NCBI GenBank assembly: GCA_000934665.2
Contig: JYFJ02002727.1
Location: 1-51,935 of the forward strand
Length of the DNA: 51,935 bases
Direction of reading: 5' to 3'
DNA from: Catajapyx aquilonaris
Lineage: Eukaryota
Below, piece after piece: positions 48,701-51,935 of the stretch. The notes below the pieces were generated by a model that was given only the letters and a program-made list of their open reading frames with translations, made no database searches and had not been told where the DNA came from. The translations under genes and the position numbers were made by a program. Within the stretch, counting starts at the first letter, position 1, and each line of letters starts with the position of its first letter.

Positions 48701-51700
48701 CGGGCAGGGTGCGTTTCTCTCTTGATTTAGTTTGCGGAGCCTGGACGAGCTTTAACTACCCGGTCTAATAGAGGTAGTCCGTGGGGATGTCCCCCCAGGC
48801 CCTGATATTACGCGACCAAATGTGTCCACTTTACCTTAGAACGGAAAGGACTACTGACGTTTCATCTCAGTAATGGACCAGAGGAAATGGTTACTTGGAA
48901 ACGAAATGTGTCGGATATAAACGAGAATCTGCACACATTAGAGATCGCACTGGATCTTAGATAATGTTGAACGTGAACTGACAGATGAGCAAGGAAATAC
49001 TTGTCAAGTACGAAGTCATAGTCGGAATAATATTTAACTAAAGTCGGTTTTGTAGAGCCGGATGAAATCATAAAAAGATTATTCTACAATTTAGTAAAAA
49101 TATAATGTCTAATTCTCATCAAAGTGCGACTATCCCACTGTATATAGGCTTAATCCCGGAGTAAGTGATTAATTGAATGATTCTAAACCGCAATTAAACA
49201 TTTTAATTGGCTAGTCAAATACTCATTGGCAGAATCTATTTATGTTCCGAACAGCTGCGGTAGTTCGATGCTGTGGCATTGTTCAGTATCAATTTATCAT
49301 GCCGCCAAGTATTTTTAATGGAACAAACTGTGCGATTGTAGCCTTAGCTGAATTGTAACTATTTGGATAGTTTGTCATAACAGTCAAAACATGCCACACG
49401 GACAAAAGTTACGACCACGATCATAATCTCAGGTAATCAGGATAATAAACTTCCAAAATTTGACCCCAGTTGATCCTCTGTTTTTGAGTAACCGCGACTT
49501 AACGCGACCCAATCCCCCTGAGAAAACATGGCGGCAGCTAATTTTCCGCTAGATTGCAAATTTTGACTGTAACCCTTCGTCATCTCCGACTCTTTTGGGC
49601 AGGAATCAATTATTCCTTTGAAGCATGAAAATTGAAGGAGTCAAGAACCCTTCACTATTGAGCAAGATGAGACATTCTTGGCAAATCTCACGCAAGTCAA
49701 ATTCCACTTCATCGTCCTTTCTCGGACCAAAGCCTCCCCGCCGTGCTCCGAACAAAGAGGTATTAAAATTCCAACATGGCGCCTCACTCTACTGGGACCT
49801 CACACGATATGCTATATGCCTATATAGGTTCCATATCTATACGGCCGAGGTAGACGATTGAGCTGCAAAAAAAAGAGAGAATTACAATGTCCTCAAACTG
49901 CCTGCACTTTGCACAAGAATAGTGTGTTTAGTGGTCGATTGCCAATTATTTGCACAGCACCTTTCATTGGCAGGACAATAATTTAAGGACCTGCTGATTT
50001 ATTGACTAGTTTATCGCATCGGCTGGTCGGTGTTTTATCTGCAGTACCGGTTTACTTGACAGAAGGATTAAGTTATCAAGCGGTTAATTTGCCTGGTCAG
50101 TATCAAATGAAATGGAGAAATATCAATTATGTGCAGTAAATTGTAACAGGGTCGAGGTAGTTTTGTGCCAATTGCTGACAGCGCTATCTCTCCGATTATA
50201 ACTGGACTATCCTGACTGACGTGTTGCATGACTGAGTTGCTAATATTACAGAGAACCTGTAATTGTATGATTGTAGGGCATAACCTCTCCCCCCATATGT
50301 TTAGGTCTGCAGAGTATATACTGGAGGCTACTGATGATGTCATCGTATTCCTGATTGTACTTGTAACTATTGTGTGTTAATTACTGCAATAAATCAGTGA
50401 TAGCAAATATGAAAATCGTAACTGTCCTACTTTTTCCAGTAAATTGTATTTATTACTAGAGAATAAAATAGGTGGTTTTGGCTGCAGGATATAGGCCCAT
50501 AAAATAATTCCAAGAGTTGGCAAGACAACTATACACTTGCGTGCAATCAGATTAAAGAGTTTTGTCTCGTTACAGCAGGTGGATTGATTTACGCAGAGGT
50601 AAAATGAAATAGGCTACTAAAAGCAGAGTCTACAAGTTTTAAACTGATATCACAGCAGGATTACACGACATAGATGCCAGATATAAATTAATACCATCTT
50701 ATCAAAAGTTTTAGTATTTTGCGTGTGCAGTCAGCTATAGTCTGCCAGTCTTTTCTCGTTGATTGTAGTAACGAGGCCGGTTAAGTTTAAACAGGAACTC
50801 TGCATTGTGGCACAACAACAGCCAAATGAGGTAAACACTGGCCAAAAACGATCAATTCAGCATTACTATTTGATGTACAGTATGTGGCCAATAAAACCTC
50901 TTCAAAACCAAGTATGTAACGTTATACTTCATGATTCCATCCTCATGCAGCACATGATCAATATTTGACACAAGCGTTTCTCCAAATTGAATTTAAAGCT
51001 CTGAGTAATTCTGAAACATTTGTTCAGATAATTAAATGCAGCAGGTGCCAAACCTGTTACGTCTCCCACGATAAACACGCAGTAGCTTGCTGATGCAGAA
51101 CTTGAAAGTAATACATTCTGGCTTCTGTTTTTATGTCGTCACCATTGCACACTGGGGTATTGTACTGAATATGTAACTAAAACGATTTGTCCATCTCAAA
51201 AGCATAGGTTCAATTGAAGTTCGAGGCAAACCTAAATGCCAACAAAAATCGGTCGTTTGCTGTGAGACGCTCAATAGTTCATCCATAATTCATGACCGAA
51301 TTACCCGAATCGACGAAACTGTCTAAGCCATGAAAAGCGCGCGTCGGTGACACAAAAGGAGAGAAGCATGTGCGGAAATCAAAGCCAGCTGATGTGCAGA
51401 AAATAAATCGAAGGCGTGGTTTGTCGTCCGCTGGACCATTACACGCCGCATAATGTCTGCCTGAAACTTGCAAATGCTGTGTGTGGGAATATATTCATGG
51501 CCGTGTTAGAAGCTATAGCCCTGAATTTGGACGCACATTATGTCAGACAGCGAATAAAATAGCTGGTCTATTCTGGACCACTTGATAAAAAGTATCTTCA
51601 AATAATCCATTTTCACAAGAAAATAGCTCGACCATGAATTCAACATATTTTAAATATTACTCGCACGAAACATGCCAGATGCTGAAGTGTATTAGGGGGC

Positions 51701-51935
51701 ACGGCAGTGCCCCCGCCAAGTTCTCGCCGCACTGCCGGACCACCTTTACCCGACACAACTCGCGTCATTTTGACCCCCTCGAATCTTCGCACTGGTGAAC
51801 ACATGTGGCTTCAAAATTTTTATTTGGGTAGATAAAACTCGATTAAAAATAATGCCCCCTTACTTCCATGTTCATATCTCTTTTCATTTCCGACTTAAAA
51901 AATCCTAAAAACTCCCGAAACGGCCAAAATATGAC

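Noticed and set aside
51279..51460. Possible upstream cyclase exon (TTNHAF resembles RPNHAF)
   Set aside because: No GDCYYCV motif, in-frame stop and no fitting donor; the preceding exon probably lies outside the window
1..51935. CRISPR array, operon or prokaryotic defence system
   Set aside because: No regularly spaced direct repeats; all genes are spliceosomal-intron eukaryotic genes

Overview
Eukaryotic, intron-rich, AT-rich arthropod DNA. It is most like a hemimetabolous insect, but that is an inference. Three spliced protein-coding genes can be rebuilt with canonical GT-AG sites and consistent phases. (1) The 5' part of the U4/U6 snRNP gene PRPF3/Prp3 (minus strand, 3 coding exons, 2782->1133, running off the left edge). 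(2) A complete 4-exon, 219-aa Delta/Epsilon-type glutathione S-transferase (plus, 15469-26003). (3) The 3' 14 exons of a transmembrane adenylate cyclase of the ADCY2/Ac76E type (minus, 45790->29475, 5' part outside the window), convergent with the GST. The rest is introns and intergenic DNA with tRNA-derived SINEs (two with intact TSDs), hAT/Tc1/Tigger MITEs and transposase relics, a probable decayed CRE-like non-LTR retrotransposon, long palindromes and a (TAA)n microsatellite. I see no clearly new multi-gene system. The best leads are: two SINE families sharing one structured 3' tail, a candidate alternative first exon of the GST, a CpG-rich probable bidirectional promoter with an unexplained plus-strand spliced transcript, and several unusual compound palindromes. 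Coordinates were read by eye and no database search was run.
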